Shown here: piece after piece, positions 44,641 to 52,138 of the stretch
Layout: every line of letters begins with the position of its first letter
How positions within the stretch are numbered: the stretch's first letter is position 1
Source of the DNA: a virus
Lineage: Duplodnaviria; Caudoviricetes
Reading direction: 5' to 3' (one strand)
Length of the DNA: 52,138 nucleotides
IMG/VR virus record: IMGVR_UViG_3300048623_000036
Location: 1-52,138 of that record
The notes under the pieces: generated by a model
The model's input: only the letters and a program-made list of their open reading frames with translations
The model's database searches: none
What the model was told of the DNA's origin: nothing
Position numbers and translations under genes: made by a program

Positions 44641-46191
44641 TCACCCGCCTGATCGATCTGTACCGGCGTTACGAGCTCCAGTACCTGACGGCGGTAAGGG
44701 TTGCTGCCGAGGAGGCTTTGCAGGTGATGGTTGCGGAAGCTTAGGACCACCCGGAGCCCCTCCTCCACCCGGTACCTGTGGCGTTGCTGGCATCCTGACG
44801 GTATCTGGATCGACTTTGGGAAGATCCATTTCGTCACGAATGCTCTCCTCGAGCTTGTCATCAGGCCTAATGATGCCTGCACCAACCATGTTGCGGATCG
44901 CGAAGCTCATCGTACGCCAGTCTGCCTGCTCACCGATTCGCCTAACACACAACCGTGGATACTTCACGCGACTGTAATTGTAATCAACAAGCTGCTTGAT
45001 GCAGTACTTGTTGATCACGTCTGAAACGATGTCTGCGATGTAGCGAGACGACTTCAAGAACATGATCTTGTCGTCATCCTTGCCACCACCAGTTCCACCG
45101 TTCATGAAGGGGGCAAGAACATTCTTCTGGATCTGAAGGTCGTGGTAGTTGATGCTGTCTAGCGCATTGACAGGCTGACCTTCAAGCTTTGCGAACAGGA
45201 TCTCCCAACCAGGAGGTAGAACGACGTGTGCACGCTCGTTGGTACGAAGGTTACGTCCGAGATCCTCTGCCAGAAGCTTGTCATTTTTGGTAAAGTTCAT
45301 CGGCAGCTTGATGATCGGAACACCGATACCGTGACGCTCCTTCTGAATGGCGTCGATCTTCTCGAGGTTCGACTTGAAGTGCCACGCCTTGTAAGCCGAA
45401 CGAAGAACGGAGATCCCCTGCATGTCTCCGCCCTCCTTATCGAAGGTGAAGACCAGAAGCTTGTCGATTGGGATCGACTTCGTCTGTTGATCAACCGGAT
45501 CGTAGATCTCGATGCCTGCCGGACCACCCCGACGGTCCCAGAGCCATGACTGGATATCCATCGGGTGTCTCGGCGCGAGCTTCTGCCAAGTAACCTTGTC
45601 GGGATACTCACTCGACATACCCACATCTCGGAAGACCTTCTCGAAGACGTAGTATCCGAAGTCTAGCATCAGCAGCATCTCAGTCAGAAGCTGAGGCCAG
45701 GACGAAGTCATTCCCTCAGTCAAGTTCCACCAGATGAACTTGGCTACGTTCACATCTCGGGTGCTCTCACCACCAGGCTCAATGAACCAACGAGCTGAGA
45801 GAACAGGTGTCTTGAAGAGACGAAGCGAACCGCGTACGGTGGCATCAGACCTTCTCATCTCGTCGTACTTGCGAAGGCCGCGAATATCCTTCAGATCGTT
45901 GTTGTACTCCTGTCGCATCCATCCCGTAAAGGGTGAAGGCGAGGTCATACCAATCTCACTGAAGTCTGGCGACGTACTACTGGAGATGCGCTCAGCCATC
46001 ATCACGACACCGTCGTCAGTGACGCCGATCAGGTCGTACCGCTCCAGAGCCTCACGCATCTGAATCACTGGATACGTAGGTTCAACCAGCTCTACAGACT
46101 CGACCTTAGACCCGGGTGTTTGCTCCGACAGTGACGCCACAGGCTGCTGATCGGCGGCGTCTACAGAAGCTGAATCATCCATCGGTATCAC
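44641..46191 (-). CDS. Portal protein (DUF935/Mu gp29-like)
   Basis: GYYVFEKV, GISVLR.AY, ERHGIG.P; synteny. Confidence 0.9.
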   Translation of the reverse strand: MIPMDDSASVDAADQQPVASLSEQTPGSKVESVELVEPTYPVIQMREALERYDLIGVTDDGVVMMAERISSSTSPDFSEIGMTSPSPFTGWMRQEYNNDLKDIRGLRKYDEMRRSDATVRGSLRLFKTPVLSARWFIEPGGESTRDVNVAKFIWWNLTEGMTSSWPQLLTEMLLMLDFGYYVFEKVFRDVGMSSEYPDKVTWQKLAPRHPMDIQSWLWDRRGGPAGIEIYDPVDQQTKSIPIDKLLVFTFDKEGGDMQGISVLRSAYKAWHFKSNLEKIDAIQKERHGIGVPIIKLPMNFTKNDKLLAEDLGRNLRTNERAHVVLPPGWEILFAKLEGQPVNALDSINYHDLQIQKNVLAPFMNGGTGGGKDDDKIMFLKSSRYIADIVSDVINKYCIKQLVDYNYSRVKYPRLCVRRIGEQADWRTMSFAIRNMVGAGIIRPDDKLEESIRDEMDLPKVDPDTVRMPATPQVPGGGGAPGGPKLPQPSPAKPPRQQPLPPSGTGARNAGTDRSGG

Positions 46192-46676
46192 CTGTAGCTA
46201 TAGGTACCGGGAGTGCTACCCTTAGGTGCAACCACGTACCTATCCTCGGAGGGAATCCAGATCCTCGCATCGCCGGCAAGCGCCGTGGGCGCCGCACCAA
46301 CTGAGGCCGCACCAGTGTCTACGTAGACGTTCGACGCCTGTTCGACCAGCAGGCCTTCCGAGCCACCAACTCTACCGTAGAAACGGTACGTGGCGGCACC
46401 AGTAACCACCGGTGCGGTGATGGTATTACTACTCGTCGCACCGGTCGTGATCTGAGTGGTCGCACCGCTCACTGGCCTCGGGACACCATCTACCACTGCC
46501 GCCGTCTTGTACGAATACGTCGCCGCTGCAAGCGTTCCGCCACTCGTACTAGTCGCAAGCCCCGGCGCCGCAGCCGCCACTCCCTGTATTCCCACCACAA
46601 CAGCATTGCGCGTCTTCCCAGCCGAGTTCTCGTATCGGACTGTTTGCTTCTTCTTCCAAGCGGCTTGTACTGGCAT
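46188..46676 (-). CDS. Hypothetical Ala/Thr/Gly-rich virion protein
   Basis: GGTLAAATYSY...GAATYRFYGR...YVDTG fibronectin-like segment. Confidence 0.6.
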   Translation of the reverse strand: MPVQAAWKKKQTVRYENSAGKTRNAVVVGIQGVAAAAPGLATSTSGGTLAAATYSYKTAAVVDGVPRPVSGATTQITTGATSSNTITAPVVTGAATYRFYGRVGGSEGLLVEQASNVYVDTGAASVGAAPTALAGDARIWIPSEDRYVVAPKGSTPGTYSYR

Positions 46677-46679
46677 CTC

Positions 46680-48116
46680 TTAGAACCGCCCCTCCATGGT
46701 AAATGTCCCCGCGTAGGGGTCGAGGTCTAGACCGTCGTCTCCAGCCAGGCTACGCATCTCGCTGCTCGACATTACATCCTCAAGGTGGTAGTTTACACCA
46801 ACCACATAGAGGTGCATGAGTCCGTAGCGGATCGCATCGAGTGCGTGGTTCTCTCGCTTCTCATCACCCTCAGGCGCATTGGTACCCTTAGGCGCCTTCT
46901 TGGTCTTATAGTTGTTGAACTCATGGATCACGTACGTACAGTCGTGATCGATGGCTAGCCCTGGCCGCATGATCGGCGTACCGTACTCATCAGCCACTAA
47001 GCCGGTGTCACGCAGCTTCAGGAACGACTTGACGAGGTCTATACCCTCGCGCCAGTTCTCCTTGGCACGTGGGTCACCGATACAAGGTGCCAAGTCCGCC
47101 GAGACCGTTTCAATCGCCTGAGGGTCAGCGCTATCTCCGAAGCACATGTCAATCTTGTACCCGGACGGCTGGTCCCGCTTCTTCATCTGCGCAATGAAGT
47201 CATTCAATGTAGTGAGGTTCTTGTAGTGCTCTCGCCAGATCCTGATCTCATCACGCGGTGTGACCTGGAACTCGATCGCCGCCATAGGGTTGGTGAAACC
47301 CCAGTCCCAACACACGTAGTTGGGAAGCGCCGGGTCGTACTCGACCTTCTGGACGTGCTGCTCTTCGTCGAACTCCGCGTAGATCTTACCGACGAAGGCC
47401 GTGAAGAGCGCCGCGATCTCCTGATCGAACCAATCCGGGATCGTCGTTTTCTCGATCTCCAGGATCTCCGAGTCCCTTCGGCCGCCAGGATAGACTACGG
47501 TATTCGCCCATGACGGAAAACGCCAACTCGCCCAGTTCGGATAATCAGGATGCCTACCCAGCTGGTAGAGCTTGTGTATCCAGTTGAAGCCTTCAGGTGT
47601 CGTAGGAAACGTCGCGAAGCCCCGCTTGTCGGCCAAAGCCGGTCTCAAGAAGCGTTCCCACGTCTCGATCTTCTGCTTCGCCGCCTCAGATAAAATAACA
47701 CCGTCTAGCGCCTCACCCACGAGGTTCTCCGGGTGGTCTGCGGACCGTGCCTCTAACCGCGTACCCCAAGGGAACTGGATATACATATCCCCTTGCTTCT
47801 TGTTGTACGCCTTCTTGACCCGCTTATCCCGACCGAACTGCTTTCCGATGATCAGATCATCCCAGACGACACGAAATTCTTTCTCGGCCAAATCATACGT
47901 GGGTCCGACGATCCAGTACCGCCTCTTCGGCATGAAGAGATACGGCTCTAGATCGCGGGCCGCCATCGTACTCTTACCAAAGCGCCTACCACAAACAGCC
48001 ACACGAAAGCGCGCCAGACTACAGTGGAACTTCATCTGCTCAGCATGCGGCACGTACCCGATTGACTCGAAGAAGCGGGTCTTGTCAATGGTTACGTTCG
48101 CCGCTGCGCCGCTCAT
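46680..48116 (-). CDS. terL: Terminase large subunit
   Basis: GRRFGKS, PTTPEG.NW, WDWG, HALDAIRY. Confidence 0.95.
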   Translation of the reverse strand: MSGAAANVTIDKTRFFESIGYVPHAEQMKFHCSLARFRVAVCGRRFGKSTMAARDLEPYLFMPKRRYWIVGPTYDLAEKEFRVVWDDLIIGKQFGRDKRVKKAYNKKQGDMYIQFPWGTRLEARSADHPENLVGEALDGVILSEAAKQKIETWERFLRPALADKRGFATFPTTPEGFNWIHKLYQLGRHPDYPNWASWRFPSWANTVVYPGGRRDSEILEIEKTTIPDWFDQEIAALFTAFVGKIYAEFDEEQHVQKVEYDPALPNYVCWDWGFTNPMAAIEFQVTPRDEIRIWREHYKNLTTLNDFIAQMKKRDQPSGYKIDMCFGDSADPQAIETVSADLAPCIGDPRAKENWREGIDLVKSFLKLRDTGLVADEYGTPIMRPGLAIDHDCTYVIHEFNNYKTKKAPKGTNAPEGDEKRENHALDAIRYGLMHLYVVGVNYHLEDVMSSSEMRSLAGDDGLDLDPYAGTFTMEGRF

Positions 48117-48430
48117 TCGTTGCTGACCCCGCTGATGGTCTTGTAGAACTTCATCAGCTCGTCATCCAACGCAGGTGCAGCGTCCTTGGCCACAGGTCCC
48201 AACGCGCGCTCGGTGATGTACTTGGCCGCATCGAACCGAATGCGGTCGGTGCTTCCGTGCTTGCAGATCTTGATGATCGCCATCGCCGCGTCCGCCGCGT
48301 TCTCTTCGAACAGGCGCTTCGCCGTCTCGATGGGCTTCTCTGCCCCAACTCCAGTACCGAAGGCCTGCTTCTCCAGGTCCATCGCAGCCTTCAACTCGTC
48401 CTCGGAGAAGTCCCACTGGTCGCTAGCCAT
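48113..48430 (-). CDS. terS: Terminase small subunit (probable)
   Basis: Helical 105-aa ORF overlapping the terL start; AAKYITERALG. Confidence 0.7.
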   Translation of the reverse strand: MASDQWDFSEDELKAAMDLEKQAFGTGVGAEKPIETAKRLFEENAADAAMAIIKICKHGSTDRIRFDAAKYITERALGPVAKDAAPALDDELMKFYKTISGVSNE

Positions 48431-48468
48431 TGTCTCCGCACCTCCTCCGCCTGTGAGTCCCTACTGCT

Positions 48469-48498
48469 ATTGTAGCATCTCTGTGCTAGTGGACGCAA
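48469..48498 (-). promoter_or_regulatory. Late promoter of the terminase operon
   Basis: agTTGCGT-N18-TACAAT. Confidence 0.7.
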
Positions 48499-48772
48499 CT
48501 ATTCGGTAAGATACGGGAACACATGGGCGGAGCTCCTACACCGACACCACAGGGCAGCGCTGTAGGCGTGAATTGCTATCGTGAAGCTACGATAGCTTGC
48601 TGCTTCGTGTCTGAGCTATGGTCTAAGCCGTCTATATAGAGTCTACTGAGAGTGTTGCTAGCGGTGCGAGGCTTTATATGTAGCGAGTTAGACAGTCTGT
48701 AGACTCAATGCCTAGCCGTTCCTCACAGTAACACATACATGTACATCTGACTCACCCAGTACCGGAGGGGGG

Positions 48773-48802
48773 TTGTAGCAAACCAAGATCCTAATGTATA
48801 AT
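48773..48802 (+). promoter_or_regulatory. SigA-type promoter
   Basis: TTGTAG-N18-TATAAT. Confidence 0.7.
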
Positions 48803-48850
48803 ATAGTTACAAGCAAAACAAAAGCAACAAAAAGAGAAAGAGAGTAGGAT

Positions 48851-48955
48851 ATGAAAAAGTACCTATACTATCCCTATACCATCATGGCATTACTCTCAGC
48901 AACTACTCTCGGCATCATCATGATCATCAACCTAGACTACTCGTACATCTTCTAG
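48851..48955 (+). CDS. Small membrane peptide (34 aa)
   Basis: First ORF after the promoter; single TM. Confidence 0.45.
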   Translation: MKKYLYYPYTIMALLSATTLGIIMIINLDYSYIF

Positions 48956-48969
48956 AGTTAGGTAGGGTA

Positions 48970-49176
48970 ATGTACTACGATGTCTCAGGTGCGAAACAAT
49001 TCGACTTCAACTACTCTCGAGAGGAAGGTAGGTATCGTCGTAGCGTACCTAGTACCTTCCCTACCTACCTACGTAAGAAGAAGGTAAGTACTGATCGTAG
49101 TAACCTACGAGGTAAGGTATGTCCGAGTTGTGGAATAACTCGTAGCATGACTAATCTCTGCGACTGTAACTCTTAA
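48970..49176 (+). CDS. Zn-ribbon protein
   Basis: CPSCG...CDC. Confidence 0.6.
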   Translation: MYYDVSGAKQFDFNYSREEGRYRRSVPSTFPTYLRKKKVSTDRSNLRGKVCPSCGITRSMTNLCDCNS

Positions 49177-49260
49177 CGAAGAGACGGAAAGGATCTTGCA
49201 GAGTATGTAGAGTAGGTACTTACTGCCTCTACATAGTCTAGAGGATCTTGTATATCCCCC

Positions 49261-49290
49261 TTGAAAGGATCTACAGGTCTCCTGTATAAT
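49261..49290 (+). promoter_or_regulatory. SigA-type promoter
   Basis: TTGAAA-N18-TATAAT. Confidence 0.85.
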
Positions 49291-49322
49291 TAGATCAACA
49301 GCCAAACAAACAAGGAGTCGCA

Positions 49323-49637
49323 ATGACCTCGACGACCTCGACGACCTCCGCCACTCTCACGCCCTACGCGTGTGCGAAGATCGTCAATGACGAACTGAAG
49401 ACGCAGGGAGTCGCGAAGCAGCTTCCTCCGCAGATGTTCTACACGTACGTCAAGAAGGGCTACATCAAGTCCACTGACAAGAAGGTCGCACTCGTCGATC
49501 TGCAGGTTTGGTTTGTAGCCTACCTAGCGAAGCTGCAGGGCACGAAGGCGTCGACGCCGATCGAGGTCGAAGAGATCGTCGCCGACAACGACGGAACTGT
49601 TGGCGAGTGGACTGACTCGAACGACAACGACATCTGA
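49323..49637 (+). CDS. Putative HTH DNA-binding protein (paralog of 2112..2723)
   Basis: TPYACAK...PPQMFYTYVKKGYI. Confidence 0.6.
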   Translation: MTSTTSTTSATLTPYACAKIVNDELKTQGVAKQLPPQMFYTYVKKGYIKSTDKKVALVDLQVWFVAYLAKLQGTKASTPIEVEEIVADNDGTVGEWTDSNDNDI

Positions 49638-49684
49638 AAGAGTAGGTTGGCGTCCTCTTCGGAGGACGCTCTCCTATCTTTTCA
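49635..49684 (+). terminator. Intrinsic terminator-like hairpin
   Basis: GGCGTCCTC-TTCG-GAGGACGCT followed by CTTTT. Confidence 0.7.
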
Positions 49685-49712
49685 GACCTCAAGTTCAGAA
49701 AGAAGGGCTCAC

Positions 49713-49907
49713 ATGCTGAACGAAGCAGCCATCATGTTCGTCTGCACAGACGTCAATCACGACTATACCTACACGAAGGTCGTACGTGTAGAGTTCGAAG
49801 GCTCGCCTGAGCAGTTCCTCGACGCGCTAAACGCCGCGAACGGAACGATGCGCAAAGGTGCTCCGGAGGCGTTCAACATCGTTGCGACGGAGACCTTGTC
49901 GGCCTGA
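49713..49907 (+). CDS. Hypothetical protein
   Basis: GAAGGG RBS before ATG 49713. Confidence 0.6.
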   Translation: MLNEAAIMFVCTDVNHDYTYTKVVRVEFEGSPEQFLDALNAANGTMRKGAPEAFNIVATETLSA

Positions 49908-49943
49908 ACATTCAGACACCTCAGAGAGAAGGTCTCTGCTCTT

Positions 49944-50162
49944 ATGATTCACGTGAAGAAGTGGGTTGCTGTTGCAGCCTTCCTGGTCACAGGCGCCCTA
50001 GGTTATGGCATTGGTGTCGGCGAGTACAGGGACGCCCAGGCCACCGAGCGGAAGCTCGAGGAACAGCTCCACAGGGAGCAGTCGCTACTTCGGGATTGTG
50101 TCACAGGGCCCCAAGGCGAGAGGAAGACACTCCCTCCGCTGTGCATGTACGAGGACTGCTAA
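49944..50162 (+). CDS. Membrane-anchored small protein
   Basis: N-terminal TM plus coiled coil. Confidence 0.6.
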   Translation: MIHVKKWVAVAAFLVTGALGYGIGVGEYRDAQATERKLEEQLHREQSLLRDCVTGPQGERKTLPPLCMYEDC

Positions 50163-50524
50163 TCGTCGACAGTCCTCGTAGTGATGGTCTGTGCTCTGAC
50201 GTAAGCGTTGTACGAGGCATACCCTTCGCACATCCAACAGCCACAGGACTCGGGGTGTTCGTCTAATCCAAGGCTGTACTCCAAAGGCACAGGCCTTGCA
50301 GCTGGCCGGCCACGTTGCTTACGTGGCACCGCCTTATCGAGGTCCGTGACCCCGAACTCAGCGTTAAGCTTCAAGTGGTCACGGAACTCCTGCATCGAAT
50401 GATCACGTCCAAGGTTCTGTTTACGCCACCTTTGATATGCGTTGAAGCAACGGCGGTGGTACGACGGTTCGTACTCTTCACGCGGTTCGTTACATATAGC
50501 GCAGTACTTTTGTAATTGACCCAT
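50159..50524 (-). CDS. Zn-binding putative regulator, probably leaderless
   Basis: CAIC...H..C and CGCWMC; ATG 6 nt after TATAAT. Confidence 0.7.
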   Translation of the reverse strand: MGQLQKYCAICNEPREEYEPSYHRRCFNAYQRWRKQNLGRDHSMQEFRDHLKLNAEFGVTDLDKAVPRKQRGRPAARPVPLEYSLGLDEHPESCGCWMCEGYASYNAYVRAQTITTRTVDD

Positions 50525-50530
50525 ACTATA

Positions 50531-50620
50531 ATTATACTAGAGGTTCCATAGGTAAATCAACGTTCAAAAGGTTGCTCTTCTCTTTTCTTTAATTATAACT
50601 TCGAGACCCTAGAGGCTCAA
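50531..50620 (-). promoter_or_regulatory. Two tandem leftward SigA-type promoters
   Basis: TTGATT-N18-TATAAT (50560-50531) and TTGAGC-N17-TATAAT (50620-50592). Confidence 0.75.
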
Positions 50621-51200
50621 CTATACGGGATCATATGGCCGACACATTTCTATACATACGGTATATATAGCTCCTAAATACGTATAGTGTCTTAACATCT
50701 TGTTTTAATTACCAATGATATACTGGTCACCAGAACGTTCGACTAGGAGATGTCTACTATAGACATTGACCTGGAGTAACACTACAATCATAGTTGCTCC
50801 CTCAAGGTGACATCTCGGGTTTCTCTAACATCATTATCCCATGATCACTAGCCTCCGCACTACCTCTTCTGCGAAGAAGCGTAGTATAGTCAAACGTAAC
50901 CAATCGCTATAGAGTATTATACTTCTCAAAAAGGAATTAAAAAAGAAAAGTATCACAAAGTATATATCCCTTGTATAACAACCCATGAATCTTCATGCCT
51001 CATGTTAACATGAGGGAAGGTATTTCATGTATCATACGATCCTCAATAGCCAGTGATACAAAGCGTCTAAAACTAGTTGTTGCCTAACCTCAGTTCTATC
51101 GTTGAGCAGTAGTTATACGGTCTCGGCGTAACTACACAAAAGGTAGAAGACTTGCCTTAAACGCAGAATTCAGTTCGAGCCTTGTGAGGTTCTGCGCTTA
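50560..51200. other. AT-rich non-coding region (candidate origin or genome-end region)
   Basis: No ORF of 60 aa or more, markedly AT-rich, palindrome at 50998-51015, flanked by divergent promoters. Confidence 0.45.
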
Positions 51201-51209
51201 AAGTGGGCC

Positions 51210-51239
51210 TTGATATCCCTTTAAGGTCTGATATATAAT
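51210..51239 (+). promoter_or_regulatory. SigA-type promoter
   Basis: TTGATA-N18-TATAAT. Confidence 0.8.
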
Positions 51240-51307
51240 TAGAGTAGCGCAGAAAGACTAGCGCCACTCATGCCAACGAACCCTCTCAAAGGTGAGAGAA
51301 GGAAACC

Positions 51308-51493
51308 ATGGGACAGCCTTTCAGACCTCAACAACTCGACATCGTAGACCCCTTACCTACTGCTATACATCAGACGTACGGAGTAGTACTAGCTACTAAT
51401 CCGAACATCAGGCTGTGTAGCCATTCAACGTGGATTGCAGCATGGAAGTGCGTCCACGGAGATTGTACGAAAGGACATAACCTCAATGCGTAG
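51308..51493 (+). CDS. Hypothetical protein
   Basis: AAGGA RBS. Confidence 0.55.
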   Translation: MGQPFRPQQLDIVDPLPTAIHQTYGVVLATNPNIRLCSHSTWIAAWKCVHGDCTKGHNLNA

Positions 51494-51770
51494 TAGTGGC
51501 AGTAAGAGGCTCATAGCAGTGATTGCGTTGATAGGTGCCCTCACAACGACGTTGACTGCTTGTCCCAGCACGACGCCGAAGGCTAGAACCGTGGCGGGGA
51601 AGCGAGCGCCATGCTCGACCAAGGCACGAGGTTGTGAAAAGAAGGGCGAGAGGATCGTCGAGGTGAACTGCTGGCAGCTGCAGTACGTTGTAACTCCTGG
51701 GAACAAGCAGGAGTTCGAGTGTGTGTCGAAGGAAGTCTGGGACCACACGAAGATCGGTGACAAGGGGTAA
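51486..51770 (+). CDS. Putative lipoprotein
   Basis: Basic N-terminus, hydrophobic core, LTAC lipobox. Confidence 0.7.
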   Translation: MRSSGSKRLIAVIALIGALTTTLTACPSTTPKARTVAGKRAPCSTKARGCEKKGERIVEVNCWQLQYVVTPGNKQEFECVSKEVWDHTKIGDKG

Positions 51771-51773
51771 CAA

Positions 51774-51971
51774 ATGCAAATACCTACAGGTACGTCGTTC
51801 ATGTTCGTGTGTTGTGGTCACAACACACGCCTCGAAGGCACACCCAGGCTAGTACATCCGAACCCTGAGGCTACTGCAGTTTGGACGTTCGACATTTCAA
51901 GTATGACTTGCCCTGAGGGTGGCGTGTCGAACTCAAACTGCGATATCCTCGACTGGGAAGCTAGAGCCTAA
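51774..51971 (+). CDS. Small Cys-containing protein
   Basis: AAGGGG RBS. Confidence 0.55.
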   Translation: MQIPTGTSFMFVCCGHNTRLEGTPRLVHPNPEATAVWTFDISSMTCPEGGVSNSNCDILDWEARA

Positions 51972-52011
51972 CCCAGCCAACCCCAACGACGTATGTGCCC
52001 TGTGGTTGTTT

Positions 52012-52138
52012 GAGGCTTGTTCGCTCGTGTGTTACAGTTAACACCTGCCACACTGACGAGCGAACTTGCCTGAGGTAACCAAGAGGGAGGCAATGGCATG
52101 CTTCACTACACCGAAGACGGTATCACCTGGTTCTGGTG
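52012..52138. repeat. Terminal direct repeat, right copy
   Basis: Identical to 1-127. Confidence 0.95.

Overview
The window is an apparently complete, circularly assembled dsDNA phage genome of about 52,011 bp: bases 1-127 are repeated exactly at 52012-52138. It is a siphovirus-like tailed phage, most likely infecting an actinobacterium (inferred from codon style, the DUF1906-type endolysin, a DUF4190-like protein and SigA/HrdB-type promoters). The + strand arm (about 48.8 kb through the junction to 25.8 kb) carries many small early genes, a ~1 kb array of tRNA and other structured RNAs, replication and recombination genes (SNF2 helicase, PD-(D/E)XK nuclease, AAA ATPase, SSB, RepB-type primase-helicase, RuvC-like resolvase) and a 7-deazaguanine cluster. 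That cluster (queC, queD, queE, folE) is followed by two MazG-fold pyrophosphatases, a minimal TGT/DpdA-like protein and a uracil-DNA-glycosylase/family A polymerase fusion. The - strand arm (48.4-25.9 kb) encodes terminase, a Mu-like head, the tail and lysis genes. No integrase or classical repressor was recognised. The two strongest candidates for novel biology are (1) a possibly nucleotide-pool-level guanine replacement system and (2) a tightly tiled polycistronic array of tRNA, tRNA mimics and unknown structured RNAs. A genome-wide repeated operator-like box and phased TAGAC repeats are also present. All protein calls come from motif recognition by eye; no database searches were run.
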